Below, piece by piece: positions 43,480-52,374 of a DNA stretch of 64,000 nucleotides. The position numbers and the translations under genes were made by a program. Below the pieces are notes generated by a model. That model had not been told where the DNA came from and made no database searches. It saw only the letters and a program-made list of their open reading frames with translations. The stretch is from Candidatus Nealsonbacteria bacterium (lineage in GTDB: Bacteria > Patescibacteriota > Minisyncoccia > Minisyncoccales > CAZKCU01): NCBI GenBank assembly GCA_047456305.1, contig CP179888.1, positions 381,307 to 445,306 of the forward strand. Direction: 5' to 3'. Each line of letters opens with the position of its first letter. The stretch's first letter is position 1.

Positions 43480-44691
43480 ATGAAAACATTAAAAGATTTT
43501 AATTTTAAAAATAAACGAGTATTGGTTAGATGTGATTTTAATGTTCCATTTGATGAAAAGGGAGGGATAGGTGATGATTTCCGAATTAAACAGTCCCTGC
43601 CTACTATTGAATATTTAAAAAAGAAGGGGGCTAAAATAATTTTAATCAGTCATTTGGGAAGGCCAAAAGGCAAAGAGAAAAAATATAGTTTAAAACCAGT
43701 TTCTCTGAGATTAGAGCAATTATTAGAGCAAAAGGTTCACCGAGCACATAACGGATTATCTGCTTTGGTAAAATTTTTAGATGACTGCCTGGGAGAGAAA
43801 GTAAAAAAGGAAATAGAAAATATGAAAGCTGGAGAAGTATTTCTTTTGGAAAACCTCAGATTTTATGAAGAAGAAGAGCAAAATAAGGAAAATTTTGCCA
43901 AAGCCCTTTCAGAATTAGCCGATATCTATATTAATGATGGATTTGGCGCTTGTCACAGAGCGCATGCTTCAGTCGCAGGAATACCAAAATATCTGCCTTC
44001 TGGAGCCGGGTTTTTGCTTGAAAAAGAAGTTAAAATTCTTTCTAAAGTTTTGGAAAATCCTTGGCGGCCTTTAATAATGGTGATTGGCGGGGTAAAAATT
44101 TCTACTAAAATTAAAGTAATTGAAAATTTTTTAAAAACAGCTGACCATCTACTTTTAGGAGGAGAAATTGCTAATGCTGTTTTAGAGCTAAAAGGGATTT
44201 TGATTGGTAAGGGCTTGCCAGAGAGTTCTGAAGTAATGAGGAAAATTGAAAAAATTAATTTAACTAATCCCAGACTTCATCTGCCAATTGATGGAGTTAT
44301 TTCATTAGCTGATGTTGAAAGAGGATTAGAGGAGGGTTATATCAGACAGTCAGCTCCGGGAATAGTAAAAAGAGAAGAAGGGTTTTATGATATTGGTCCA
44401 GAAACAATCAAAATTTTTTCTGAAATAATTAAAGAAGCTAAAATGATTATCTGGTCGGGCCCTCTGGGAATGTATGAGAAAGAGCAATTTGAAAAAGGAA
44501 CAAAAGAAATAGCCAAAACCATTGCCAGAAATTATTCGGCTTTTAAAATTGTTGGCGGAGGAGATCTCATCTCGGCCTTAAATAAATTTAATCTCTTAGA
44601 TAAATTTGACCATGTTTCCACCGGCGGCGGGGCAATGCTTGAATTTTTGAGCGGTGAAAAACTACCGGGAATCGAAGCACTATCAAAATAA
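43480..44691 (+). CDS. pgk: phosphoglycerate kinase
   Basis: VLVRCDFNVP, SHLGRPKG, NDGFGACHRAHAS, GGGDLISA, STGGGAMLEFL. Confidence 0.97.
   Translation: MKTLKDFNFKNKRVLVRCDFNVPFDEKGGIGDDFRIKQSLPTIEYLKKKGAKIILISHLGRPKGKEKKYSLKPVSLRLEQLLEQKVHRAHNGLSALVKFLDDCLGEKVKKEIENMKAGEVFLLENLRFYEEEEQNKENFAKALSELADIYINDGFGACHRAHASVAGIPKYLPSGAGFLLEKEVKILSKVLENPWRPLIMVIGGVKISTKIKVIENFLKTADHLLLGGEIANAVLELKGILIGKGLPESSEVMRKIEKINLTNPRLHLPIDGVISLADVERGLEEGYIRQSAPGIVKREEGFYDIGPETIKIFSEIIKEAKMIIWSGPLGMYEKEQFEKGTKEIAKTIARNYSAFKIVGGGDLISALNKFNLLDKFDHVSTGGGAMLEFLSGEKLPGIEALSK
43738..43769 (+). repeat. degenerate family-B hairpin inside pgk (in frame)
   Basis: CACCGAGCACATAACGGATTATCTGCTTTGGT encodes HRAHNGLSAL, which is extra relative to the usual ...LLgkeVkF... 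segment of PGK. Confidence 0.6.
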
Positions 44692-44696
44692 TTCCT

Positions 44697-45932
44697 ATGG
44701 AAATAAAAAATCTTAAAAAAGCAGCTGAGCGAATTTTAAAAGCGATAAAAAAGAAGGAAAAAATTATTATTTATGGTGATGCTGATTTAGATGGAGCAAC
44801 CTCGGTAATTATTTTAAAAGAAAGTATTCAAAATTTAGGCGGAGAGGTTTCGGCAATTTATTTTCCCGATCGAGAAAAAGAAGGATATGGGATAAATAAA
44901 ACAGCCCTTGATTTTTTAAAAACCATTAGTCCTGCTTTGTTGGTTGCCTTAGATTGTGGAATTGGGAATTTTGAGGAAGTGAAAATAGCTAAAACTTTAG
45001 GTTTTGAAGTAATAATTATTGACCATCATCAAATCTTAGATAAGTTACCTAAAGCCCAAATTATTGTTGATCCTAAACAAAAAGGAGATAAATATCCATT
45101 TAAAGGGCTAGCTACCGTAGGAATAATTTTTAGGCTTTCCCGACTTCTTTTAAAAGAAAAAATGTCAGAAGTAATGAGAAAAAATTTCTTGGAATTAGTG
45201 GCTTTGGGCACTATCGCCGATATGATGCCAGAAGAAAATGAAAATCAGCTTTTTATAACGGAGGGCTTAGAGTCATTAGAAAATTCCTGGCGACCAGGAA
45301 TTAAAGTATTTTTAAATAGCATCCCTTTTACTTTCCAAGAGAAAAAATATCCGAATTTCCGTCAGAAAATCTCTAAAATAATTTCTATTTTAAATGTCAG
45401 GGATATTGAGAATAAAATGCCAGCTTCATTTAGAGTTTTGGCAAGTTCCTCTTTGAAAGATGCAAAAAAGATTATCGAAAAACTTTTAAAGAAAAATGAA
45501 CTAAAAAAAGAAAAAATAAAGGAAATGATTCAGGAGGTCGAAGAAGATTTATTTTCTTCTTCCCCCTTCGCTGGCGCTCGGGAAACGGGCGATGAAGCTA
45601 AAGCTTCATCTTCACCCTTCGCTAACGCTCGGGTAAATGAAGAAATTATTTTTAAAGGAAAATCTAATTGGGAATTAATTTTACTCAGTCAGGTAGCTTC
45701 AATAATTTGTAATAAATATAAAAAACCTACTTTTCTTTTCAAAGAGGGAGAAACAAAGAGCCAGGGAACGGTAAGAATACCCAAGGGATTAGATGGAGTG
45801 AAGGCTATGATGAGTTGCCGTCAACTTCTGGAAACTTATGGAGGTCATCCTGCAGCTGCAGGTTTTTCATTAGAAAATGAGAATTTAGAAAAATTTAGAG
45901 AATGTCTAAATAAATATTTTAAAAAAATATGA
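44697..45932 (+). CDS. DHH/DHHA1 phosphoesterase, RecJ-like
   Basis: IIIYGDADLDGATS, VIIIDHH, GGHPAAAGF. Confidence 0.8.
   Translation: MEIKNLKKAAERILKAIKKKEKIIIYGDADLDGATSVIILKESIQNLGGEVSAIYFPDREKEGYGINKTALDFLKTISPALLVALDCGIGNFEEVKIAKTLGFEVIIIDHHQILDKLPKAQIIVDPKQKGDKYPFKGLATVGIIFRLSRLLLKEKMSEVMRKNFLELVALGTIADMMPEENENQLFITEGLESLENSWRPGIKVFLNSIPFTFQEKKYPNFRQKISKIISILNVRDIENKMPASFRVLASSSLKDAKKIIEKLLKKNELKKEKIKEMIQEVEEDLFSSSPFAGARETGDEAKASSSPFANARVNEEIIFKGKSNWELILLSQVASIICNKYKKPTFLFKEGETKSQGTVRIPKGLDGVKAMMSCRQLLETYGGHPAAAGFSLENENLEKFRECLNKYFKKI
45537..45638 (+). repeat. two adjacent family-A palindromic elements, in frame in the recJ-like gene
   Basis: GTCGAAGAAGATTTATTTTCTTCTTCCCCCTTCGCTGGCGCTCGGGAAAC and GGGCGATGAAGCTAAAGCTTCATCTTCACCCTTCGCTAACGCTCGGGTAAAT. 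They encode VEEDLFSSSPFAGARETGDEAKASSSPFANARVN. Confidence 0.9.
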
Positions 45933-46369
45933 AAAAAATAATAATTTATACCGATGGAGGATCTCGAGGCAATCCCGGGCCGGCAGCAATTGGATTTCTG
46001 TTTTGTAATGAAAAAGACCAAATTATTAAAAAATATTCTGAGTATCTTGGTACAGCTACTAATAATGAGGCTGAATATCAGGCAGTGATTTTTGCCTTAA
46101 AAAAATTTAAAGCTCTCTTTGGAAAAAAATTAGCCAAATCCTCAGAAATTGAATTAAGATTAGACTCCGAACTTTTAATAAAACAATTAAAGGGAGAATA
46201 TAAAGTTCTTGATTCAAAAATTCAGCTTTTATTCATTACCGTCTGGAATCTAAAGATTGATTTCAAAAAAGTTAAATTTAAACTTATTTCTCGCAACAAA
46301 AATAAAGAAGCTGACAAATTGGTCAATGAAGCTTTAGACTACAACCCACCCGCCACCCTCCCATTATAG
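45929..46369 (+). CDS. rnhA: ribonuclease HI family protein
   Basis: IIIYTDGGSRGNPGPAAIGF, TNNEAEYQAVIFAL, NKEADKLVNEAL. Confidence 0.85.
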   Translation: MKKIIIYTDGGSRGNPGPAAIGFLFCNEKDQIIKKYSEYLGTATNNEAEYQAVIFALKKFKALFGKKLAKSSEIELRLDSELLIKQLKGEYKVLDSKIQLLFITVWNLKIDFKKVKFKLISRNKNKEADKLVNEALDYNPPATLPL

Positions 46370-46425
46370 ATGGGTCCCTGTCAAACCAAAGCTCAGAAAC
46401 TATTTTAAAAAGAAACATTTTAAAT

Positions 46426-46457
46426 CAAAAAAACAGAGAACCGGTCTCTGTTTTTTT
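46426..46457. terminator. bidirectional intrinsic terminator
   Basis: A8-CAGAGA-accgg-TCTCTG-T7. It serves rnhA on the plus strand and the RNase P RNA on the minus strand. Confidence 0.75.
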
Positions 46458-46460
46458 GAT

Positions 46461-46892
46461 GTCCCAGTAAGTCTGTAAGCCGAATTCTGTCTTGCCCTCC
46501 CAACTTTTGCCACGGGATTTCAAAAAAATCAGCAAATTCTTTGGCAAAAGTTAGGAGGGTGAAGTGATTATCTATCTAGGCCTGAGATTGCTCCCAGGCT
46601 CAAGCGAACTACTTTGAACCCTTTCAACTTTGCGTAAAAAGTTGCGGGGCTTTGTTCTTGCTCTTGGGCAGGAATTTAACCGTTTCACTCCCGGAGTTAC
46701 CTCCAGGATTCATCCAATTATTGGATGCCTCTTGTCTTACGATTTGAGGCGTCACTGTTCGCATCCCTCGTCTCGCGACGTACGGGTATTGCCCGTTACC
46801 ATTTTAACCAGTTTTAAAACTGGTAAGAGTTCGGACTTTCCTCCCCCTTTTTCTGATTAGAAAAAGAGAGCAATCACTCAACTTACAAGGAC
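46461..46892 (-). ncRNA. rnpB: RNase P RNA (bacterial type)
   Basis: The minus strand contains GGGGGAGGAAAGTCCGAACTC (the universally conserved GAGGAAAGUCC region) near the 5' end and ACAGAATTCGGCTTACAGAC (the ACAGAAnnCGGCUUA region) near the 3' end. P1 pairs GTCCTTGTAAGT at the 5' end with ACTTACTGGGAC at the 3' end. Confidence 0.9.
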
Positions 46893-46898
46893 ATATTC

Positions 46899-46927
46899 AT
46901 TTTACCCCTTTAAATTTTTTCTGTCAA
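46899..46927 (-). promoter_or_regulatory. rnpB promoter (TTGACA-17 nt-TAAAAT)
   Basis: On the minus strand, TTGACA is at 46927-46922 and TAAAAT at 46904-46899. The predicted TSS, about 7 nt downstream, coincides with the start of P1 at 46892. Confidence 0.65.
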
Positions 46928-46955
46928 GGATTATAATGATATATTGCTTTAAATT

Positions 46956-48599
46956 ATGAATTTTAATAAATTTTTAAATTCTCAGACAAAGACCGTTACT
47001 TTCGCTGCTGTTTTGCTTGGGTTATCGGCCGGAATTAGCGCCATTTTAGGATTGATAAGAGACAGGCTTTTAGCCGGGAGGTTTGGAGCAGGAATTGAGC
47101 TAGATATTTATTTTGCCGCTTTCCGAATTCCCGATTTTGTCTATGGAATTTTGATTGTCGGAGGAATTACCGCCGCCTTTTTACCAGTATTTTCTGAATA
47201 TTTTCAGAAAAACTCCAAAGAAGGCTGGGAGCTCACAAATAATGTCTTAAATTGCTTTTTAATTTTACTTATTTTTATTTGTCTAATATTGGCTATTTTT
47301 ACCCCTTTTATTATTAATTTTGTCGCTCCGGGTTTTGGGCCTGAACAAAAAGTCCTGACAATCGCCCTGACCAGAATAATGTTTTTTAGCCCGATTTTAT
47401 TTGGTATTTCCAGCATTTTTTCTGGAATTTTACAATATTTCAATAGATTTTTAGTTTATTCTCTAGCTCCAATTTTATATAATTTAGGCATCATCTCAGG
47501 TATTTTATTTTTTGTTCCTATTTTTGGTCTTTTTGGCTTAGCTTACGGTGTAATTTTAGGAGCTTTTTTGCACCTTTTTATCCAGATTTTCTCGGTTAAG
47601 GGCTCAGGATATTGCTATCGGCCCTTTTTTAATTTTAAATACCCTGGTCTAAGAAAAATTTTTAGGTTAATGATTCCAAGAACTATTGGTCAGGCCTCTT
47701 ATCATCTAAATTTAATTGTCATTACCGCTATTGCCTCAACCTTGGCTTCTGGAAGTATTGCCATTTTTAACTTTTCTAACAATCTTCAATGGTTTCCGGT
47801 TGGAATAATTGGAGTTTCCTTTGCCATAGCTGCTTTTCCAACTCTATCTCGGGCCTGGATACGCCGGCAAAAAGAAAAATTTCTTGAAACTTTCTCCTCG
47901 GTTTTTCGGCAGATTCTCTTTTTAATAATTCCAGTCAGTATCTTGATGTTTATTTTAAGAGCCCAATTAGTTCGACTTATTTTGGGAACGGGTCAATTCG
48001 GTTGGCTGGAAACAAGACTGACAGCAGCTTCTCTTGGTCTTTTTTCCTTCGCTCTTTTTGCTTCCAGTCTTATTCCTCTCACTGCTCGAGCCTTTTTTTC
48101 TTTTCAGGACACCAAAACCCCGGTAATAATTGCTATTTTCTCAATGGTTTTAAATATTATTTTATGTTTTCTGTTTGTCTGGCTTTTAAAGTTTCCAAAT
48201 CTTTTTCAGAACTTCATGGTAAATTTTTTTAAACTTCAGGGAATTAAAAATATAAGCGTCATTGGTCTTCCATTAGCTCTGTCCATATCAGGGATATTTC
48301 AAGTATCTCTGCTTTTAACTTTTTTATACAGAAAAATTGGAGATTTTAAACAAAAAGAGATTTACCACTCTCTTAAAAAAATTCTTCTTTCTGGCATTTT
48401 AATGATACCTTTTGTCTATTTAACCCTTAAAATTGTAGCTATTTTTGTCAATATGCAGACTTTTTTTGGAGTTTTCTGCCAGACAATCTTTGCCGGCCTG
48501 GTAGGAGTTTTTATTTATACAGTAAGCACCAAACTTTTAAAATCACCAGAGCTCAAAACTATTAAATCTTCAATTTTAAGACAGTTTACCAAAACTTAA
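46956..48599 (+). CDS. murJ: lipid II flippase MurJ (MviN family)
   Basis: LGLIRDRLLAGRFGAGIELDIYFAAFRIPDF and about 14 TM helices. Confidence 0.9.
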   Translation: MNFNKFLNSQTKTVTFAAVLLGLSAGISAILGLIRDRLLAGRFGAGIELDIYFAAFRIPDFVYGILIVGGITAAFLPVFSEYFQKNSKEGWELTNNVLNCFLILLIFICLILAIFTPFIINFVAPGFGPEQKVLTIALTRIMFFSPILFGISSIFSGILQYFNRFLVYSLAPILYNLGIISGILFFVPIFGLFGLAYGVILGAFLHLFIQIFSVKGSGYCYRPFFNFKYPGLRKIFRLMIPRTIGQASYHLNLIVITAIASTLASGSIAIFNFSNNLQWFPVGIIGVSFAIAAFPTLSRAWIRRQKEKFLETFSSVFRQILFLIIPVSILMFILRAQLVRLILGTGQFGWLETRLTAASLGLFSFALFASSLIPLTARAFFSFQDTKTPVIIAIFSMVLNIILCFLFVWLLKFPNLFQNFMVNFFKLQGIKNISVIGLPLALSISGIFQVSLLLTFLYRKIGDFKQKEIYHSLKKILLSGILMIPFVYLTLKIVAIFVNMQTFFGVFCQTIFAGLVGVFIYTVSTKLLKSPELKTIKSSILRQFTKT

Positions 48600-48716
48600 A
48601 TAATGCTACAATAAAGGGACCAATAGAAAGGCAACCATACTCAAAACAACCAGAGAGATTAAAATAATCCAAACTATTTTAAAAATTGTTTTCGCTTTAA
48701 TCTTGGTCATTATCTT

Positions 48717-49145
48717 ATGATACAAAGAATAAGGAAATTTAAAAAGGGGCGGGCTCGCCCGCCCAAATTTCGAAGAAACTTGGTGCGGGCTCGCCAGACA
48801 ATACTTTTTTCTGCACTGCTCATATTATTATTTTTTTTAGCGATAGGTTTTCTAATCATTTCTAATTGGAGAATAAATCAGAGGAGGTCAGGGCTCATTT
48901 CCCAAATTAGGAATTTACAAGAAGAGATTCAAGTTTTAGAGGAAAAAAATCAAGAATTGAAGGCCGGAATTTCTCAGATTTCAAGCCAAAGTTATTTAGA
49001 AAAAGTGGCTCGAGAAAGCCTTGGCCTTAAAAAACCAGGCGAAGAGGTAACAGTAGTTTTACCACCTCCAGAAGAAGAAAAAGAAGTTAAAGAAGAAGAA
49101 AAAGGAATTTGGGAAAGGTTCTTAGAAAAGCTGAAATTTTGGTAA
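48717..49145 (+). CDS. septum formation initiator (FtsB/DivIC family)
   Basis: Basic N-tail, one TM helix, coiled coil (IRNLQEEIQVLEEKNQELKAGI), and YLEKVARESLGLKKPGE. The N-tail contains a GC-rich hairpin, so the start is uncertain. Confidence 0.75.
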   Translation: MIQRIRKFKKGRARPPKFRRNLVRARQTILFSALLILLFFLAIGFLIISNWRINQRRSGLISQIRNLQEEIQVLEEKNQELKAGISQISSQSYLEKVARESLGLKKPGEEVTVVLPPPEEEKEVKEEEKGIWERFLEKLKFW

Positions 49146-49148
49146 GCT

Positions 49149-49219
49149 GCGGGATTAGTTGAGAGGTTCAACGTCACCTTCCCAAGGTGAAAACACGGGT
49201 TCGATTCCCGTATCCCGCT
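49149..49219 (+). tRNA. tRNA-Gly (anticodon CCC)
   Basis: Cloverleaf: acceptor GCGGGAT/ATCCCGC, D stem GTTG/CAAC, anticodon stem TCACC/GGTGA with loop TTCCCAA, T arm ACGGG-TTCGATT-CCCGT. No encoded CCA. Confidence 0.85.
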
Positions 49220-49222
49220 TAG

Positions 49223-49294
49223 GCCGGGATAGCTCAGTGGAAGAGCAATGGTTCCGTAAACCATGGGTCGAGAGTTCGAATCTCTCTCCCGGCT
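49223..49294 (+). tRNA. tRNA-Thr (anticodon CGT) with an unusual C at position 33
   Basis: Acceptor GCCGGGA/TCCCGGC, D stem GCTC/GAGC, anticodon stem ATGGT/ACCAT with loop TCCGTAA, T arm GAGAG-TTCGAAT-CTCTC. Confidence 0.7.
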
Positions 49295-49354
49295 AAGAAT
49301 TTTATAGGGGTTTACTTTTTTAAAAATTATGTTAAATTAAAAAAGAAAAGGACG

Positions 49355-50429
49355 ATGACTGATATAGTTTTACAATTAAAGGAACTTCAATCTAAACTCC
49401 ATCATTTGATGGACTGTCTTTGACATTGCCAAAAAGAGAGAAAAAATTAAAGAATTAGAAAAAAAGACAGAAAAATCAGATTTTTGGCAAGACAAAGAAA
49501 GGGCAAGAAAAACCAGTCAGGAGATAGCAAAAATAAGGGAAGAATTAGAAGAGTTTGACGAATTAGAGATTAAACTGGAATTACTAAAAGAAGAAAAGGA
49601 TGAAAAGAAAATCGAAGATTTCAAGAGAGAATTAAAACAAAAGGAGCTCCGAGTTTTTCTTTCTGGAAAATATGACAAAGGGAATGCTATTTTAGAAATT
49701 TCAGCTGGAGCAGGAGGACAGGACTCTCAAGATTGGGCAACAATGCTGCTCAGGGTTTATGAAAGATATTGTGCTTTGAAAGGATATAAAACAAAAATTT
49801 TGAGTCAATCCTTTGGAGAAGGAGGAGGCCCTGAAGGAAGAATCGGGACAAAACAAGTTTCCTTGGAAATTAAAGGAGCTTCAGCTTATGGTTTTTTGAA
49901 AAGAGAAACCGGGGTTCACAGACTCGTGCGAATTTCTCCCTTCTCAGCTAAAAATCTTCGCCATACCTCTTTTGCTTTAGTTGAAGTTTTACCTGAGATT
50001 TCTGAGAAAGAGGAACCTGAAATAAAAATTAGACCAGAAGACCTAAAATTAGAAACCTTTAGAGCTTCGGGTCCTGGTGGCCAATATGTTAATCGACGGG
50101 AATCAGCAGTGAGAATTACCCATCTTCCAACCGGGATTCAGGCAGCTTCCCAAGCAGAAAGACTGCAGGGGGTAAATCGAGAAAAGGCGATGAAAGTTTT
50201 AACTGCCAAACTCTATCAGTTAAAAGAGGCAGAGCGCCAAAAAAAATTAAAGGAAATTAAAGGAAAACAAATCTCGGCCAGTTGGGGAAATCAGATTAGG
50301 TCTTATATTTTGCATCCTTACAAACTGGTAAAAGATTTGAGAACAAAAGTTCAAACCTCAGATATTGAGGGAGTATTAGATGGAAATTTAGATAAATTTA
50401 TTGAAGCTGAAATAAAATATAATTCGTGA
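49355..50429 (+). CDS. prfB: peptide chain release factor 2, with programmed +1 frameshift
   Basis: Frame 0 reads ATG 49355...CTT TGA (49418-49423). Shifting +1 at CTT-TGA-C continues with DIAKKREKIKELE... into ORF 49743..50429, which carries SPF (SPFSAKN) and GGQ (SGPGGQYVN). Confidence 0.92.
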
Positions 50430-51121
50430 TAAAATTTCAAAATATTACCAAAATTTATCCTCCTCATTCATTTGGGGAAGCGACTGTTGCCATAGAGGAC
50501 GTCTCTTTTAAAGTAAATAAAAAAGAGTTTGTTTCAGTTGTCGGTAGGTCAGGAGCTGGTAAAACAACCTTATTAAAACTACTTCTTGGCGAAGAAAAAC
50601 CAACTAAAGGCCGGGTTTTTTTTGACGGTCAAGATGTTCATAAAATAAAACCAGCAGATTTTTTTAAGCTCCGGCGAAGAATTGGAACGGTTTTCCAAGA
50701 TTATAAATTATTTCCCTCAAAAACAACCTATGAAAATATTGCCTATGTGATGGAAGTAATGGGGGCCAGTGAAGAAGAAATATCAAGGAATGTGCAAGAA
50801 GTCCTGAAAATCGTTGGTTTAACTAGTAGAGCTTATAATTTTCCTGAGGAGCTTTCTGGAGGTGAGCGCCAAAGAGTAGCCATTGCCAGAGCTTTAATCC
50901 ACCGGCCGGAAGTGATTTTAGCTGATGAGCCAACTGGCAACCTCGATCCCTATAATACCTTGGATATCATTCGGCTTTTATTAAAAATTCATGAATTTGG
51001 TGCCACTGTTATTTTAGCCACCCATGATAAACAAACTATCAATGTTCTGGGAAAGAGGGTGATAACCTTAGAACAAGGCAGGATTATCAGGGATGAGGAG
51101 AAGGGAAGATTCATTTTTTAA
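50426..51121 (+). CDS. ftsE: cell-division ABC ATPase FtsE
   Basis: [40 protein letters not shown]. It is followed by ftsX. Confidence 0.9.
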   Translation: MIKFQNITKIYPPHSFGEATVAIEDVSFKVNKKEFVSVVGRSGAGKTTLLKLLLGEEKPTKGRVFFDGQDVHKIKPADFFKLRRRIGTVFQDYKLFPSKTTYENIAYVMEVMGASEEEISRNVQEVLKIVGLTSRAYNFPEELSGGERQRVAIARALIHRPEVILADEPTGNLDPYNTLDIIRLLLKIHEFGATVILATHDKQTINVLGKRVITLEQGRIIRDEEKGRFIF

Positions 51122-51302
51122 ATTTTAAAATACATCCCAAATCGGAAAGGGGTCGGGAGAACCCTTCGGTTCTCCCGTGTAGGAAAATATTAAAAACCGA
51201 GGGTTTTTAAGGAGCGAGCCCGAAGCGAGGCGGAGCCGAGCGCTGGCACTTTGTGCCAGAGAGGGCGAGCGACCTCACAATGTATTACCACTATGCTTAT
51301 TT

Positions 51303-52198
51303 CGCTTAAAAGAATAATTCGTTCTGGCTGGTTAAATTTCTCCCGTAATAAGGGGCTTTCTTTGGCTACTATTTTTATTATGGTGATGACTATTTCTTTG
51401 GTGACCTCGCTTTTCCTTTTTAGAGATATAAGCCAATTTTTAATCTCGAGCCTTCAGGAAAAAGTTGATATTAGTGTCTATTTTAAAGAAGCTGTTCAGG
51501 AAGAAGATATTTTGCGCTTTAGAGAAGAAATTAACAAAATTCCAGAAGTGAAAAATGTTGAATATGTTTCTCGCGAAACCGCTTTGGAGCGTTTTATCCA
51601 GAGATATAAAGATAACCAGATTATAATGGAGTCTTTGGCTGAAGTAGGGAATCCTCTTTTGGCTTCTTTAAATATTAAAGCCTGGGAGGCCAGTCAATAT
51701 ATAACGGTAACAAATTTTTTGGAAACCTCTTCCTATAAAAATCTAATTGATAAAGTTGACTATTATCAAAGAAAACCGGTGATTGAAAGAATTTTTTCCA
51801 TAACCTCTACTATTAATAAAACTGGAATTGGATTTTCCCTAATATTGGCTATATTGGCGATTTTAGTTGCCTTCAATACTATAAGATTAGCAATTTATAA
51901 TTCAAAAGAAGAAATTTCAGTTATGAGATTGGTTGGAGCTTCTGACTGGTTTATTCGGGGACCTTTCTTGGTTCAAGGGGCAATTTCTGGTTTTGCTGCA
52001 GTCCTAATTACCCTTTTAATTTTTACTGGAGCTCTTTTCTTTTTAAGTCCAAAACTAGAAATTTTGTTCCCAGGACTTAATATTTTTAATTCTTTTACCG
52101 GCAATCTCGGGATATTATTTTTAATTCAGATTTTTACTGGAGTAGGCCTGGGAGTGGTTTCAAGCATTATCGCTATCAGAAAATATTTAAAGGTATAA
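51303..52198 (+). CDS. ftsX: cell-division permease-like protein FtsX
   Basis: MLISLKRIIRSGWLNFSRNKGLSLATIFIM... has FtsX topology (TM1, periplasmic domain, three C-terminal TM helices). The ORF-track start at 51251 lies in a GC-rich repeat. Confidence 0.88.
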
Positions 52199-52211
52199 CA
52201 AGTGAAAATAT

Positions 52212-52282
52212 TGCCGGGTGGTGTAATGGTAGCACACGAGATTCTGGCTCTCGTAATCTTGGTTCGAGTCCAAGCCCGGCAG
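52212..52282 (+). tRNA. tRNA-Gln (anticodon CTG)
   Basis: U1-A72 acceptor (TGCCGGG/CCCGGCA) and discriminator G. Anticodon stem CGAGA/TCTCG with loop TTCTGGC. T arm CTTGG-TTCGAGT-CCAAG. Confidence 0.8.
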
Positions 52283-52374
52283 CACTTCATTTTTGGACTC
52301 AAATTTCACTAACTAGGCGTGGACGTTAGAACTTTTATCGCCAATCAGGCGGTTTTTTGATAAAATGAAATAAT

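Noticed and set aside
46630-46860. 76-aa ORF on the plus strand.
   Set aside because: It lies entirely antisense to the RNase P RNA gene. It has no coding signal.
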